A stretch of 64,000 nucleotides of DNA from Thermoanaerobaculia bacterium (GCA_963664405.1 OY761158.1:3616001-3680000); one strand, 5' to 3'; numbered from the stretch's first letter, positions 28,109 to 38,768 are shown. The notes: generated by a model not told the origin, from the sequence alone. Translations and numbers: made by a program.

Positions 28109-28672
28109 CTACTGCGTTTCGAGCTCCAAGCCTTTCTTTTCGATGCGCAGGAGTCGCTCTTTCTTCTTGGTGCCGCCTATCCAGGCGCCGGCGCCCCCCT
28201 TGGTCGGGAGTACCCGATGGCAGGGAATGAGAATAGGGATGGGGTTCATCGACAGGACACTGCGCACGAGGTTGTATGCGGTGCGCCGACCGCTGGCTTC
28301 AGCGAGCTTCTTGTAGCTCCAGCTCTTGCCATAAGGGACGCGACGAACCTCCTTGAGGACTCTTCGTTGAAAAGCGTCCAGATCGCTGCCGCTGAGGTCG
28401 ACGTTGATCTCAGGGTCGCTCCGTACACCCGCGAAGTACTCGGAGAGCCTCCCCAGTGCCTCCATGAGGAAATCGGTGAGTTGTATCTTGTCGAGAGAGC
28501 GGAAGTTCTTGGCCTCGCTCCTCGAGGGCTGGACGACCAGGCGAGTGACAACCGTGCCGCGAAATTCGATAGCGAGGCGGCCAATCGGCGAGGGCATTAA
28601 GAGCCTGACGATCTCCTCTTCCGGGTCTTTCTCAAGGACAGCCTCGCCAGCGTCCCTTTTGGCCCCGATCAT
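28109..28672 (-). CDS. ogt: Methylated-DNA-protein-cysteine methyltransferase
   Basis: VPYGKSWSY, NPIPILIPCHRV active site; start uncertain. Confidence 0.88.
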   Translation of the reverse strand: MIGAKRDAGEAVLEKDPEEEIVRLLMPSPIGRLAIEFRGTVVTRLVVQPSRSEAKNFRSLDKIQLTDFLMEALGRLSEYFAGVRSDPEINVDLSGSDLDAFQRRVLKEVRRVPYGKSWSYKKLAEASGRRTAYNLVRSVLSMNPIPILIPCHRVLPTKGGAGAWIGGTKKKERLLRIEKKGLELETQ

Positions 28673-28742
28673 ATGGGTCGGGAGGTTACCACGGCTCTCC
28701 CCCTCTCCGGACCGCCCGTTCGAAGAAAGCTTCTCTGCTAGG

Positions 28743-28874
28743 CTAGTGGACCGTAACACTCGAACGTTTAGTGGCTGAGTGAGTCATTCGGGGTCGAGAT
28801 CAAGGCGCGCTGACGCCGCCAGCGGGGCAGAACGGGCCGAGATATGTAGCGCTACTTTGGAAACGCTGGTCTAG
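28743..28874. mobile_element. Chimeric MITE-like element (type B arm joined to type A arm)
   Basis: Left part is the reverse complement of the right arm of 35238-35405; right part matches an arm of 31139-31304; CTAG at both ends. Confidence 0.75.
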
Positions 28875-28883
28875 TAGCCGGTG

Positions 28884-31142
28884 ATGGCAAAGAACTACCG
28901 CAGCGAGGCCCTGGAATACCACTCCTCAGGACGAAAAGGGAAGATCGAGGTCGTTCCGACCAAGCCCACCCAGACCCAGCAGGATCTTTCGCTGGCCTAT
29001 ACCCCTGGGGTCGCGGATCCCTGCCTCGAGATTGCGAAGAACCCGATCGATTCCTTTGAATACACCGCCCGAGGGAATCTTGTGGCGGTGATCACCAATG
29101 GGACCGCCGTTCTCGGTCTCGGGAACATCGGTGCCCATGCGGCGAAGCCGGTGATGGAAGGCAAGGGGGTGCTATTCAAGCGCTTCGCAGACATTGACGT
29201 CTTCGACCTCGAGGTCGATACCGTCGATGTCGAGGAGTTCATTCGCACCGTCGAGCTCCTCGAGCCGACCTTCGGGGGCATCAACTTGGAGGATATTCGC
29301 GCTCCGGAGTGCTTCGAGATCGAGGCGCGCCTCAAGGAGCGAATGAAGATCCCGGTCTTTCACGACGACCAGCATGGCACTGCCATCATTTCGTCGGCGG
29401 CATTACTCAATTCTCTCGAGATCGCGGGCAAGCGGATCGAAGACGTTCGCATCGTTGTCTCGGGGGCGGGGGCTGCGGCGGTCGGCTGCCTGCGGCTGTA
29501 TTTGAAGCTCGGAGTGCGACGAGAGAACGTAATGCTCCTCGACAGCAAGGGAGTAGTGCACTCGGGTCGGGACGACTTGACCGCTCACAAGCAGCAGTTT
29601 GCCGTCGACACCGAGGCTCGGACCCTCACCGACGCACTCACCGGCGCGGATGTTTTCGTCGGTCTTTCCATCGCTGGAGTTGTCAAAGGTCCGATGCTGG
29701 CGGCGATGGCGAGTGATCCGATCGTTTTCGCGATGGCGAATCCGGAGCCTGAGATCGGCTATGACGAGGCGCTGGCGGCACGAAGCGACGTCATCATGGC
29801 GACCGGCCGCAGTGACTACCCGAACCAGGTGAACAACGTTCTCGGTTTCCCGTTCATTTTCCGCGGCGCTCTGGACGTTCGCGCCACCGAGATCAACGAT
29901 GAGATGGTGCTTGCTGCGGTGAGTGCACTGGCTGCCCTCGCGCGTGAGGACGTTCCGGATTCGGTGCTCAAGGCCTACGGCAAAGAGCATCTGCGCTTTG
30001 GCCGCGAGTACCTCATCCCTACGCCCTTCGACCATCGGGTGCTTCTGCGGCTCGCACCCGCGGTGGCAAAGGCAGCCATGGATTCCGGCGTCGCGCAGCG
30101 CCCGATCGAGGACTTCGAGTCCTACCAAAGGAAACTAGAGAGCCTGATCTCCCGTCGGCTGCAGCTGATGCACTCGATTCTGGATCGGGCGCGCCAGGCT
30201 CCCAAACGGGTCGTTTTCCCTGAAGGAGAGCACGAGAAGATTCTGCGGACAGCCAAGATCCTGGTAGATCAGGGAATCGCTCACCCGATCCTGCTCGCGC
30301 GCCACGAAGTCATCGCTCCGATGCTTGCCGAGCTTGATCTGCCAGAGGACCGTGTCACCATCATTCACAGTCGTACGGCCGTGGATCTGGATCGCTACGC
30401 CCAAGCCCTCCATGAAGGCCGGAGGCGCTACGGAGTGACTCTGGAGGACGCCAAGCGCCTGATGCGCTCGCGGAACTACTTCGGCTCGATGATGGTTGCC
30501 CAGGGCGACGCCGATGGTCTCATCTCAGGTCTGGCTCAGGAGTACGCCGACACCATCCGACCGGCTCTACAGACGATAGGACCGCGGCAGGGAGTGAAGC
30601 GGGTTTCGGGCTGCTACGTCCTGATGTTGGGGGACCGGGTCCTCTTCTTGGCCGACACGACGGTCAATATCGACCCGACGGCAGATGAGCTTGCCGAGAT
30701 CGCCCTGCTGGTGGCCGCCTTTGCTCGTCGTTTCAACATCGAGCCCCGAGTTGCGATGCTGTCGTTCTCGAACTTCGGCTCCAATCCGCACCCAGCCGCT
30801 CGCAAGGTGCGTGAAGCTGTAGCGATCGCGAAGTCCCTGGCCCCCGATCTCGAGATCGAGGGCGAGATGCAGGCAGACACGGCGGTTCTTCCGTCCATCC
30901 TCGAAGATCAATACCAGTGGAGTGATCTTCAAGGTCCTGCCAACGTCCTGATCTGCCCGGAGCTACAGTCTGCCAACATCGCCTACAAGCTGATCTGGCG
31001 TCTCGCCGGCGCCGAAGCGATCGGCCCGGTCCTACTGGGTATGGCGAGACCGGTTCACGTCCTGCAGCGGGGCGTCGAGGTGGCCGACATTGTCAACATG
31101 GCGGCACTCTGCGTGGTCGACGCCCAGGAAGTCGAGTACTAG
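28884..31142 (+). CDS. maeB: NADP-dependent malic enzyme with phosphotransacetylase-like domain
   Basis: [24 protein letters not shown]-terminal [11 protein letters not shown] domain. Confidence 0.96.
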   Translation: MAKNYRSEALEYHSSGRKGKIEVVPTKPTQTQQDLSLAYTPGVADPCLEIAKNPIDSFEYTARGNLVAVITNGTAVLGLGNIGAHAAKPVMEGKGVLFKRFADIDVFDLEVDTVDVEEFIRTVELLEPTFGGINLEDIRAPECFEIEARLKERMKIPVFHDDQHGTAIISSAALLNSLEIAGKRIEDVRIVVSGAGAAAVGCLRLYLKLGVRRENVMLLDSKGVVHSGRDDLTAHKQQFAVDTEARTLTDALTGADVFVGLSIAGVVKGPMLAAMASDPIVFAMANPEPEIGYDEALAARSDVIMATGRSDYPNQVNNVLGFPFIFRGALDVRATEINDEMVLAAVSALAALAREDVPDSVLKAYGKEHLRFGREYLIPTPFDHRVLLRLAPAVAKAAMDSGVAQRPIEDFESYQRKLESLISRRLQLMHSILDRARQAPKRVVFPEGEHEKILRTAKILVDQGIAHPILLARHEVIAPMLAELDLPEDRVTIIHSRTAVDLDRYAQALHEGRRRYGVTLEDAKRLMRSRNYFGSMMVAQGDADGLISGLAQEYADTIRPALQTIGPRQGVKRVSGCYVLMLGDRVLFLADTTVNIDPTADELAEIALLVAAFARRFNIEPRVAMLSFSNFGSNPHPAARKVREAVAIAKSLAPDLEIEGEMQADTAVLPSILEDQYQWSDLQGPANVLICPELQSANIAYKLIWRLAGAEAIGPVLLGMARPVHVLQRGVEVADIVNMAALCVVDAQEVEY

Positions 31143-31304
31143 ACCAGCGTTTCCAAAGTTCGCGCACATATCTCGGCCCCTTCTGTCCGCTGGCGGCGTT
31201 TCGCCTCCTCGACATATTGCCCAATATGCCTGCGTCGGCGCGCCTGGCCAGCGAACAGAATGACCTCGAGCTATTGCACACGAACTTTGGAAACGCTGGT
31301 CTAG
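31139..31304. mobile_element. MITE-like palindromic element type A, copy 1
   Basis: 24-bp perfect terminal inverted repeat CTAGACCAGCGTTTCCAAAGTTCG; near-identical copy at 54358-54522. Confidence 0.85.
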
Positions 31305-32395
31305 TCTCCCCGCTCTCTCGCCCAGCGCTCCCGCCAATACTGCTTTTGCCAGCGCTCGACGTTACGGTTGTGCTCCGCCAAGGTGTCGGCGAAGATGTGA
31401 GAGCCGTCGTTCCGACTCACGAAGTAGAGATGAGTGGTGTCCTGCGGAGCGGCCGCCGCAACAAGGCTTTTTAGCCCGGGCGAGCAGATCGGCCCGGGAG
31501 GGAGCCCGCGGTGTACGTAGGTGTTGTAGGGAGAGGCAAGAGCGAGATCGGGCCGCCGTAGGTTGCCGTCCCAGGTGCCCGCTTTCTTGAGGGCGAAGAT
31601 AATCGTGGGATCCGCATAGAGGGCGATGCCCTTGCTCAAACGGTGGGCGTACACACCCGCGATCAGGGGCCTCTCGCCGTCCAGGCGGGCTTCTTTTTCG
31701 ACGATACTTGCCAGCGTCGTCAGCTCTCGTACGCTGGCCGCTTGTCTAGACCTTCCTTCGCCCAGACCCTCCAGCTGTCTTCGAAAGGTCCGCACCAGGG
31801 TGGAGACGATCTTCCCCTCCGATGTTCCTCGGGCAAATGCATAGGTGTCAGGAAAGAGATAGCCCTCGAGGTCGGTGGCCTCTGGGTCCAGATCGCGAAT
31901 GGCTGAGGGGTCCGACATGAGCTCCACGAGAAGCTCGCGCCGGCCGAAACCGGCCGCTGAGATTGCCTCTGCCGTTTCTTCCAGCGTCAGGCCTTCGATA
32001 ATGGTGACGGGATGGGTCGCAACCGCTCCTCGAGCGATCTTGGCGAGCACCTCTGGTGTCGAAAGGGGACCATCGAAGAGATATTCACCGGCTAATAGTG
32101 GTGGGTCCTCGAGCACGTAAATGAGGTAGAGGCGGGCCAGGCCGGCCCTGGGGACCAGTCCACTGCGCGAGAGAAGACGGAGGATCCCGTTGGCGTCGAG
32201 CCCGGCCGGTATGTCGATCACGACCTCTGCGCTGGGGCCGTACGGGCGATGCAGATCACGCCATGCCCAACCAGCGACAAGCGCCGCGACGACGCAGGGA
32301 AGGATCGATAGAGAAAGAGCAAGAGCCAGTGCACCGACCCACGAATCCCGTCGGGGGATCTCGGCCCCTCCTTGTCGCTGACTAAGAAGCATCAA
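31301..32395 (-). CDS. mltG: Endolytic transglycosylase MltG
   Basis: LEGYLFPDTY, LASIVEKE, SPYNTY, GLPPGPI. Confidence 0.95.
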   Translation of the reverse strand: MMLLSQRQGGAEIPRRDSWVGALALALSLSILPCVVAALVAGWAWRDLHRPYGPSAEVVIDIPAGLDANGILRLLSRSGLVPRAGLARLYLIYVLEDPPLLAGEYLFDGPLSTPEVLAKIARGAVATHPVTIIEGLTLEETAEAISAAGFGRRELLVELMSDPSAIRDLDPEATDLEGYLFPDTYAFARGTSEGKIVSTLVRTFRRQLEGLGEGRSRQAASVRELTTLASIVEKEARLDGERPLIAGVYAHRLSKGIALYADPTIIFALKKAGTWDGNLRRPDLALASPYNTYVHRGLPPGPICSPGLKSLVAAAAPQDTTHLYFVSRNDGSHIFADTLAEHNRNVERWQKQYWRERWARERGD

Positions 32396-32805
32396 GGTCG
32401 CTCCGTGTCGATCCAGTCTTGCAGGAGGATCTGGGCCGCGACCGCGTCGACGCTCTGGCGCTGCAGCTTTCGGCTCGCGCCACCGGCGCGCAGGCGTTCT
32501 TCGGCTTCCCGGCTGGTCAGGGTCTCTCCGACCCTATGGACAGGTAGGCCTCCCTCGGACTCCAATTTGGCGGCGAAGCTACGCACACGCTTGGCGGCAC
32601 TGCCGATGGTGCCGTCGAGAAGTACGGGATCTCCAATAACGAACCCAACCACCTCTTGTTCGTGGCCGATGTGCAGAATGTCCTGTATGGCGCTTCCGTC
32701 ACTCGACCGCGAAAGTGTCGTAAGTGGGAGGCAGATGCCGTCGTCGTCGTCGCATACGGCGATACCGATTCTCTTTTCGCCGAAGTCTATGCCGAGGTAT
32801 CTCAT
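32392..32805 (-). CDS. ruvX: RuvX/YqgF nuclease
   Basis: LGIDFGEKRIGIA, E.LTS, DAVAAQILLQ. Confidence 0.93.
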   Translation of the reverse strand: MRYLGIDFGEKRIGIAVCDDDDGICLPLTTLSRSSDGSAIQDILHIGHEQEVVGFVIGDPVLLDGTIGSAAKRVRSFAAKLESEGGLPVHRVGETLTSREAEERLRAGGASRKLQRQSVDAVAAQILLQDWIDTERP

Positions 32806-32899
32806 CCGGTCTGGCTGGGCTGCAAAAAGGCTTCTCCTGCTGTGCTAGTGTCGGCCTCTTGCCGCTGGGCCCAGGCTTAGAGGAGCACGAGAAAGCAAG

Positions 32900-35241
32900 A
32901 TGGAAGCGACCGACGGCCGGACCCAGTGCCGGCGGGCGCGAGCAGTCCCGCGAGCCCTCTCCGGACTGCTCCTGATTCTAGCCACTCTTGTCGCTCTGCC
33001 GCCAGTCGCGGCTCAAGAGCCGGCGGAGTCACAAGAGCCCGAGATCACGGAGGGTTCCGAGGAGGAGCGGCAGCCGGAAGAAGAGACCGGTGAGGAAGCG
33101 CCGGTCGAGGAGATCCCGGTCGAGGATCGGCTGCGTTTCGAGGTGCCCTTCACCGATGAGTCGGGAGGAGGAACCGCGGTTGTTCTAGCCGAGGAGCTTG
33201 AGCTCGAGGGAGACGCCTACGTCCTCATCGGTCGGGTCGAGATCGAGTATCAGGACATCAAGCTGAAAGCCGATCGTGCAGAGCTCGACCGAAGTACCAA
33301 GATCGTTACGGCGATCGGAAACATCATCCTCGATCAAGGTCCCAGTCGGCTTGTCGGTGCGACCATGAGCTTCGACCTGGAGGAGAAGACCGGCAGACTG
33401 ACCGACGCAAGAGGCTTCGTTTCCGCCGACTATTTCTTCAGCGGCGCGGAGATCATCAAGACAGGAGAGAAGTCATTCACGGTCATCGACGGAATCTTCA
33501 CTTCGTGCGACCAGGACGTTCCGTCGTGGAGCTTTCGCACCGGCCGGACCGATCTGGTGGTGGATGGGTATGCCAAAACGCGCGGTGCCACCATGCGAGT
33601 GAAGAAGGCCCCGGTTCTGTATTTTCCCTATCTGTTGTGGCCGGTTAAGTCCGACCGCAGCTCCGGCATGCTGGTGCCCAAGCCCGGCTTCTCGGAACGA
33701 CGGGGCACGGCCCTGAGTCTGGCCTACTATCAGACTCTTGGACCCAGCTACGACACGACCGTCTATCTCGACCTCTTCAGTGAGGACTATCTAGGTATCG
33801 GTAACGAATTCCGCTACCAACCCACCGAAGCTACAGGTGGCAGATTCGACGGATATTGGATCCAGGATCCCGATCGAGGCGAAGACCGCTGGAGGACGCA
33901 GCTCACTCACGAAAGTCGAGACCTGCCGTGGGGTTTCGGGGCGTGATTCGTTACGACGACGTATCAGACTTCGATTACTTTCAGGACTTCGAGCGCAATG
34001 CCGATCGCCATGCCAAACGGGCACTGCACAGTAACGCGTTCCTGACCAAGAACTGGGGTCGGCAGTCGTTCAATTTTCTCGTGGATCAGCGCGAGACTTT
34101 CCTCCGTGACAACTCGACGGTCAGTCTTCGACAGATGCCTGAGGTCGAGTATCGCCTGCGGTCGACCCAGCTCCGCGACCTGCCCCTTTACCTCCAGCTC
34201 AACAGTGCGTTTCATTTCCTCGACGTAGACCGGCGCGAGAACTACAACGACTCCTATATGCGCGCCAACTTCGCGCCGAGGCTCACCTTTCCGTACCGTG
34301 CATTTCCTTGGCTCTCTTTCTCAGTCGACGCTGGAGCCGTCTTTACCTTTTGGGGTGACAGTCTTCGTGTCTCCGGCGACGAGCCCGATCCAGAAAGCGA
34401 TTCAGTCTTCCGCAGCGAAAGCCTGAGCCGGATCACACCGAGCATCTCCGGCGAGGCGGTCGGCCCTTCCTTCTCGCGTATTTTCGACCTCAATGGCAAG
34501 ACCTGGTCCAAACTCAAGCACATCATGGAGCCGCGCTTCAACTATGCCTTTGTCGATGAGTTCGACGAGGAAGATCGGATCCCGCGATTCGATGAGCTCG
34601 ACTCGATTCGAGGCGCGAACATCGGCCGCATGGCCTTTATCAATCGTCTGTTGGCGAAGCCGGCGGGTGAAGGTGGCGGTGGCTCGCGAGAGATCATGTC
34701 GGTGGAGATCTTCCGGCTCTACAGCTTTGATGACGATCGCTTCTTGCAGAGGTCTTCCGACGGAGAGAAGCAGTCCCACTTCGGCCCTCCGACTCTGCTC
34801 TTTCGTTACAATCCCACTCGCCAGACCACCTTTCGCAACGCGCTGAGGTTCAACACTCTCTTCGGCCGCATCGAGTCGTCCGCCACCTCGGGGAGCTTCG
34901 AGGCCGGCCCCCACCGCTTCGGTGTGCGGTGGACTGCCCGAATTCGACCCGACGACGGCATGACGCGGACCAATCAGTTTCGCGTCTCTTCGGATCTCAT
35001 CCTGATACCGCGTCGACTTCGTCTCATCTCGTCGGTCAACTTCGACGCCAACGACAGCCTTGTTCAGTTGCAGCGCCACATCCTCGAGTACAACGCCAAT
35101 TGCTGGGGCGTGCGACTGGAATTCGGCGAGTTCAAGCGCCGCGGCGGCCAGCAGACCGACCGCGAGTTCCGCTTTTCCATCAATCTCAAGAACGTCGGCA
35201 CCTTTCTCGACCTCACCGGCGGCGAGAGCTCTTCTCTCTAG
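32900..35241 (+). CDS. lptD: LPS-assembly protein LptD, split by a -1 frameshift near 33931-33946
   Basis: OstA-like N-terminus, FTSC..PSW, RSSGMLVP in ORF 32900-33946; barrel with C-terminal CW and FSINL in ORF to 35241. Confidence 0.85.
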
Positions 35242-35405
35242 TGGACCGTAACACCCAAACGTTTAGCGCCTGAGCGGCCCTCGCGGCCGATCTCTGCGTT
35301 ACGCTTCCTCGACATAGTCCCCGCTATGCCTGCGTCAGCGCGCCTTGATCTCGACCCCGAATGACTCACTCAGCCACTAAACGTTCGAGTGTTACGGTCC
35401 ACTGG
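35238..35405. mobile_element. MITE-like palindromic element type B
   Basis: Long imperfect terminal inverted repeat CTAGTGGACCGTAACAC...; central core shared with type A. Confidence 0.8.
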
Positions 35406-35428
35406 TGAGCTCTGCTCTAAGGCAGTCG

Positions 35429-36286
35429 ATGCGTGCATTGATATTCGGTGGCGGCGGGCTCGTCGGCACCCCGCTCGGCCAGGAGCTGGCCAGTCGCGGT
35501 TATCGGTACCGATCGTTGACTCACGGCGACACCGACATCAGCGACGCAAAAGAGGTTCGCGCAGCGATCGAGAGCTACGAGCCCGAGGTCATCTTCAATT
35601 GCGCGGCGTTCACCCGCGTCGACGATTGTGAGACCCGGGAAGAGGAGGCGACAGAGGTCAACGGTCGGGCGCTGGGGCACCTGGTGTCGGCGGCTCGGTC
35701 TCTGTCGGCGAGCTTGGTGCATCTGTCGAGCGACTACGTTTTTGACGGTCGCGCCGAGTCGCCCTATCGGGAGGGAGACCCGACGGCGCCTCTATCGGCC
35801 TACGGCCGCGGCAAACAGGTTGGGGAGCAGGAGGCCCTGGTCTATGCTCGATCATTGGTGGTCCGAACGAGCTGGATCTTCGGCAGTGCCGGGCCGAGCT
35901 TTGTCAGGACCATCCTCGGCTTGCTCGATCGGCCAGCAACGCTGCGTATTGTCGACGACCAGGTCGGCGGGCCGACCTACGCTCCTTACCTTGCTCGCGC
36001 CCTGGTAGATCTCGTCGAAGCCGGGGTCACGGGCTTGGTTCACTACCGCAACCGGGATCCGGTCACCTGGTTCGAGTTTGCGCGTGCCATTGGCGCCAGG
36101 GTCGAGCCTGGGCATGAGATCCTGCCCACCACCAGTGCCGAGTTCGTCCAGCTCGCTCCCCGTCCGTCGTACTCGGTGCTGTCGGTCGAGCGCTTCGAGA
36201 AGGTGACCGGGAGAAGAGTCGAGGCCTGGAGCGACGGCCTTCGCGAGTGCCTGGCTGCGATCGGTGACAGGGCCGGAGCCTCATGA
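35429..36286 (+). CDS. rfbD: dTDP-4-dehydrorhamnose reductase
   Basis: NCAAFTRVD, SSDYVFDG, YGRGK, VDDQVGGPT. Confidence 0.92.
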   Translation: MRALIFGGGGLVGTPLGQELASRGYRYRSLTHGDTDISDAKEVRAAIESYEPEVIFNCAAFTRVDDCETREEEATEVNGRALGHLVSAARSLSASLVHLSSDYVFDGRAESPYREGDPTAPLSAYGRGKQVGEQEALVYARSLVVRTSWIFGSAGPSFVRTILGLLDRPATLRIVDDQVGGPTYAPYLARALVDLVEAGVTGLVHYRNRDPVTWFEFARAIGARVEPGHEILPTTSAEFVQLAPRPSYSVLSVERFEKVTGRRVEAWSDGLRECLAAIGDRAGAS

Positions 36287-37248
36287 AGGCTCTGGTTACC
36301 GGGATCACCGGGTTCGCCGGCTCGCATCTTGCGGACTATCTGCTCGAGAATCATCCAGATATCGCTGTCGCCGGCACCTATCGCTGGCGTAGTCGGATGG
36401 AGAATATTCGCGGGATTCGCGATCGCATCGAGCTCTATGAGGCGGATCTGCGCGACTACTCGTCGCTACAGAAGACGCTTGCAGCGCTGCGTCCGGACCT
36501 CATATTTCATCTGGCTGCCCAGAGCTTTGTTCCTTCGAGTTGGACTGGGCCGGCCGAGACCTTGAGCACCAATGTGCTCGGCCAGACGCATCTTTTCGAG
36601 GCGGTTCGAAGCTTGAACCTCGACCCCATCATTCAGATCGCGTGCTCGAGTGAAGAGTACGGTCTCGTACATCCCGACGAGATACCGATCTCGGAGGGCA
36701 ATCCCCTCCGCCCGCTGTCTCCCTATGCCGTGTCGAAGGTGGCCCAGGACTATCTCGGCTATCAGTATTTTCAAAGCTACGGCCTCAGAGTGGTTCGTAC
36801 GCGGGCCTTCAATCACACGGGTCCCCGCCGCGGAGAGGTCTTCGTTGCGTCCAACTTTGCGAGGCAGCTGGCGGAGATCGAGTCCGGAAAGGCAGAGGCG
36901 GTTCTGAGTGTCGGCAATCTAGACGCGGTCAGGGATTTTACCGACGTACGCGATGTCGCCCGTGCCTACTTTGCCGCGGCCATGCAGGGCGAGCCTGGCG
37001 AGGTCTACAACATCGCCAGCGGTCGGGGTACTACGATCCGCGAACTTCTCGATAGACTGATCGCGCTAGTGGATGTGGACGTCGAGGTACGCCCTGATCC
37101 CGAACGGTTACGACCTTCGGATGTCGAGATTCTTGTCGGAGACAGCACCAGGTTCCGTGATCGCACCGGCTGGGAGCCTGAGATTTCGCTGAACGAGACC
37201 TTGCGCGATCTCCTCGACTACTGGCGAGAAAGGCTGAAGACTCGTTGA
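36283..37248 (+). CDS. GDP-mannose 4,6-dehydratase / GDP-6-deoxyhexose reductase family SDR
   Basis: TGITGFAG, HLAAQSFVP, SSEEYG, YAVSK, FNHTGPR; Gmd vs Rmd not resolved. Confidence 0.88.
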   Translation: MKALVTGITGFAGSHLADYLLENHPDIAVAGTYRWRSRMENIRGIRDRIELYEADLRDYSSLQKTLAALRPDLIFHLAAQSFVPSSWTGPAETLSTNVLGQTHLFEAVRSLNLDPIIQIACSSEEYGLVHPDEIPISEGNPLRPLSPYAVSKVAQDYLGYQYFQSYGLRVVRTRAFNHTGPRRGEVFVASNFARQLAEIESGKAEAVLSVGNLDAVRDFTDVRDVARAYFAAAMQGEPGEVYNIASGRGTTIRELLDRLIALVDVDVEVRPDPERLRPSDVEILVGDSTRFRDRTGWEPEISLNETLRDLLDYWRERLKTR

Positions 37249-37736
37249 CGATCGGGAGCACTGAAGTGAAAGATCCGGCGCGGCTGCTTGCGTTCTACGA
37301 CCGGCTGCGCGACCAGGTCGCGACCCGGCTCGGAACCGGGGCGGGGGCCGGCGTCGCGGAGTACCTGCTGGTCGCGCCTGACCTCTTCATCCTCCTTGTT
37401 CGACTCTTCCTCGACCGCGACACTCCTCCGTCCAGTCGCGCACTAGTGGGCGGCGCCCTTGCGTATTTCTTGCTCCCGGTGGATCTCATGCCCGAGATGT
37501 TTCTCGGTGTCGGCGGCCTGCTCGACGACGTGATTCTCTCTGCCGCGGTGCTGACGCACGTATTCACCGACGAGCTGGAGCCGCTCGTCGCGCGGCACTG
37601 GAGCGGCTCCAGAAGGCTGAGGACAGTTCTCGAGGACGCCACTGGTGCCGCGGATGCTCTCCTCTCGACCTCAGTGCGTGGCCGCTTGGCGAGTGTTCTC
37701 GCCCGCTATGGCGTAGTGCTCGATCGGTCGGAGTGA
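37245..37736 (+). CDS. YkvA/DUF1232 family protein
   Basis: ALAYFLLPVDLMPE...GLLDD. Confidence 0.85.
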   Translation: MTIGSTEVKDPARLLAFYDRLRDQVATRLGTGAGAGVAEYLLVAPDLFILLVRLFLDRDTPPSSRALVGGALAYFLLPVDLMPEMFLGVGGLLDDVILSAAVLTHVFTDELEPLVARHWSGSRRLRTVLEDATGAADALLSTSVRGRLASVLARYGVVLDRSE

Positions 37737-37776
37737 GACCGTACTCCCGGTGACCGGCCCGCCCTTGACAGCGTCC

Positions 37777-37794
37777 TTGTGAACTTTTTCACAA
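37777..37794. promoter_or_regulatory. Rex-type operator overlapping a putative sigma70 promoter
   Basis: TTGTGAA-CTTT-TTCACAA perfect match to TTGTGAA-N4-TTCACAA; TTGTGA-N17-TAGTCT overlaps it. Confidence 0.8.
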
Positions 37795-37874
37795 GCTAGT
37801 AGTCTATGGCGCTGGGTTGGGCACGCGGCGTTCGGGACTGCGGCTCTCTCCCCCCTCATAGTAAAGTTGGGTAA

Positions 37875-38768
37875 ATGTCCGAGTCCTCTCCTATCGGAGA
37901 CTCGCCGGGTTCGTCGGCTGAGGAGCCAACGACCAGCGGTTTGCGCCAGTTTCTCGGCCTCTTCGTTGTGCCGTTGCTGGTGGTTTTGATGTGCGTCTCG
38001 GTCTTTCTGCTCTTCGGCTGGGTAGCCTACGATCGCCAGTCGGTGGGCGACTATCTGAACGATCTCAGAGATGGGCGATCCTTCTTCGCCCACCGGCGCA
38101 AGCAGGCCTCCTACGAGCTGTCGAAGATTCTCAGCGCCAATCCCGACGCGCTACGCGAGGTGCGTGGCGCGGAGGGGGAGCTGCGAACGCTTTTCGAGAC
38201 CACAGACGATCTGTGGGTGCGACGCTACCTTGCGCTGGTGATGGGGCACATCGGGGACAAGGAGGCAGTGCCCTTGCTGATCGAAGCAGCCGCCGACGAA
38301 GACTCTCAGACCAGGATCTACTCACTTTGGGCGCTGGGATCGATTGCTGATCCTCGAGGTCTGGAGACGGTCACGACAGCGGTTTCTGATTCGGATGCGG
38401 GTATCCGCAAGACGGCAGCGTTCGCATTGGGCAGGTTCGGTGATCCGTCGTCGTCGTCGAAGCTGGCAGCGCTGGTGAATGATCCGGTCGCGGACGTGCG
38501 TTGGAACGCGGCCCTGGCGCTCGCGAACCTGGGTAGTCGCGATGGCGTCGACGTTCTCGAGCAGATGCTCGACAGGCGTCTGCTCGGCCAGGTGCCCGGG
38601 ATCACGCCCAAGCAGCAGGAAGAAGCGATGATCGGAGCGCTCGGCGCTTTTGTGCGGCTGGGTGGAGGCGTCGATTCGGGTATCATTGATGTCTTAGCGA
38701 ATGAAGACCCTAGCCTGAAGGTACGCCAGGCTGCTATCGAGGCTCGCAGGAGCCTTCAGTCCGGGTAG
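37875..38768 (+). CDS. Membrane-anchored HEAT-repeat protein
   Basis: One N-terminal TM; repeated D..(V/I)R..AA.ALG units. Confidence 0.85.
   Translation: MSESSPIGDSPGSSAEEPTTSGLRQFLGLFVVPLLVVLMCVSVFLLFGWVAYDRQSVGDYLNDLRDGRSFFAHRRKQASYELSKILSANPDALREVRGAEGELRTLFETTDDLWVRRYLALVMGHIGDKEAVPLLIEAAADEDSQTRIYSLWALGSIADPRGLETVTTAVSDSDAGIRKTAAFALGRFGDPSSSSKLAALVNDPVADVRWNAALALANLGSRDGVDVLEQMLDRRLLGQVPGITPKQQEEAMIGALGAFVRLGGGVDSGIIDVLANEDPSLKVRQAAIEARRSLQSG

Noticed and set aside
31032-31474. ORFs through type A elements (also 54181-54532) as a small gene family
   Set aside because: Their similarity comes only from the repeated non-coding element, and they overlap real genes
32900-35241. lptD as a dead pseudogene
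   Set aside because: Only one lesion, both halves otherwise intact, and the gene is normally essential
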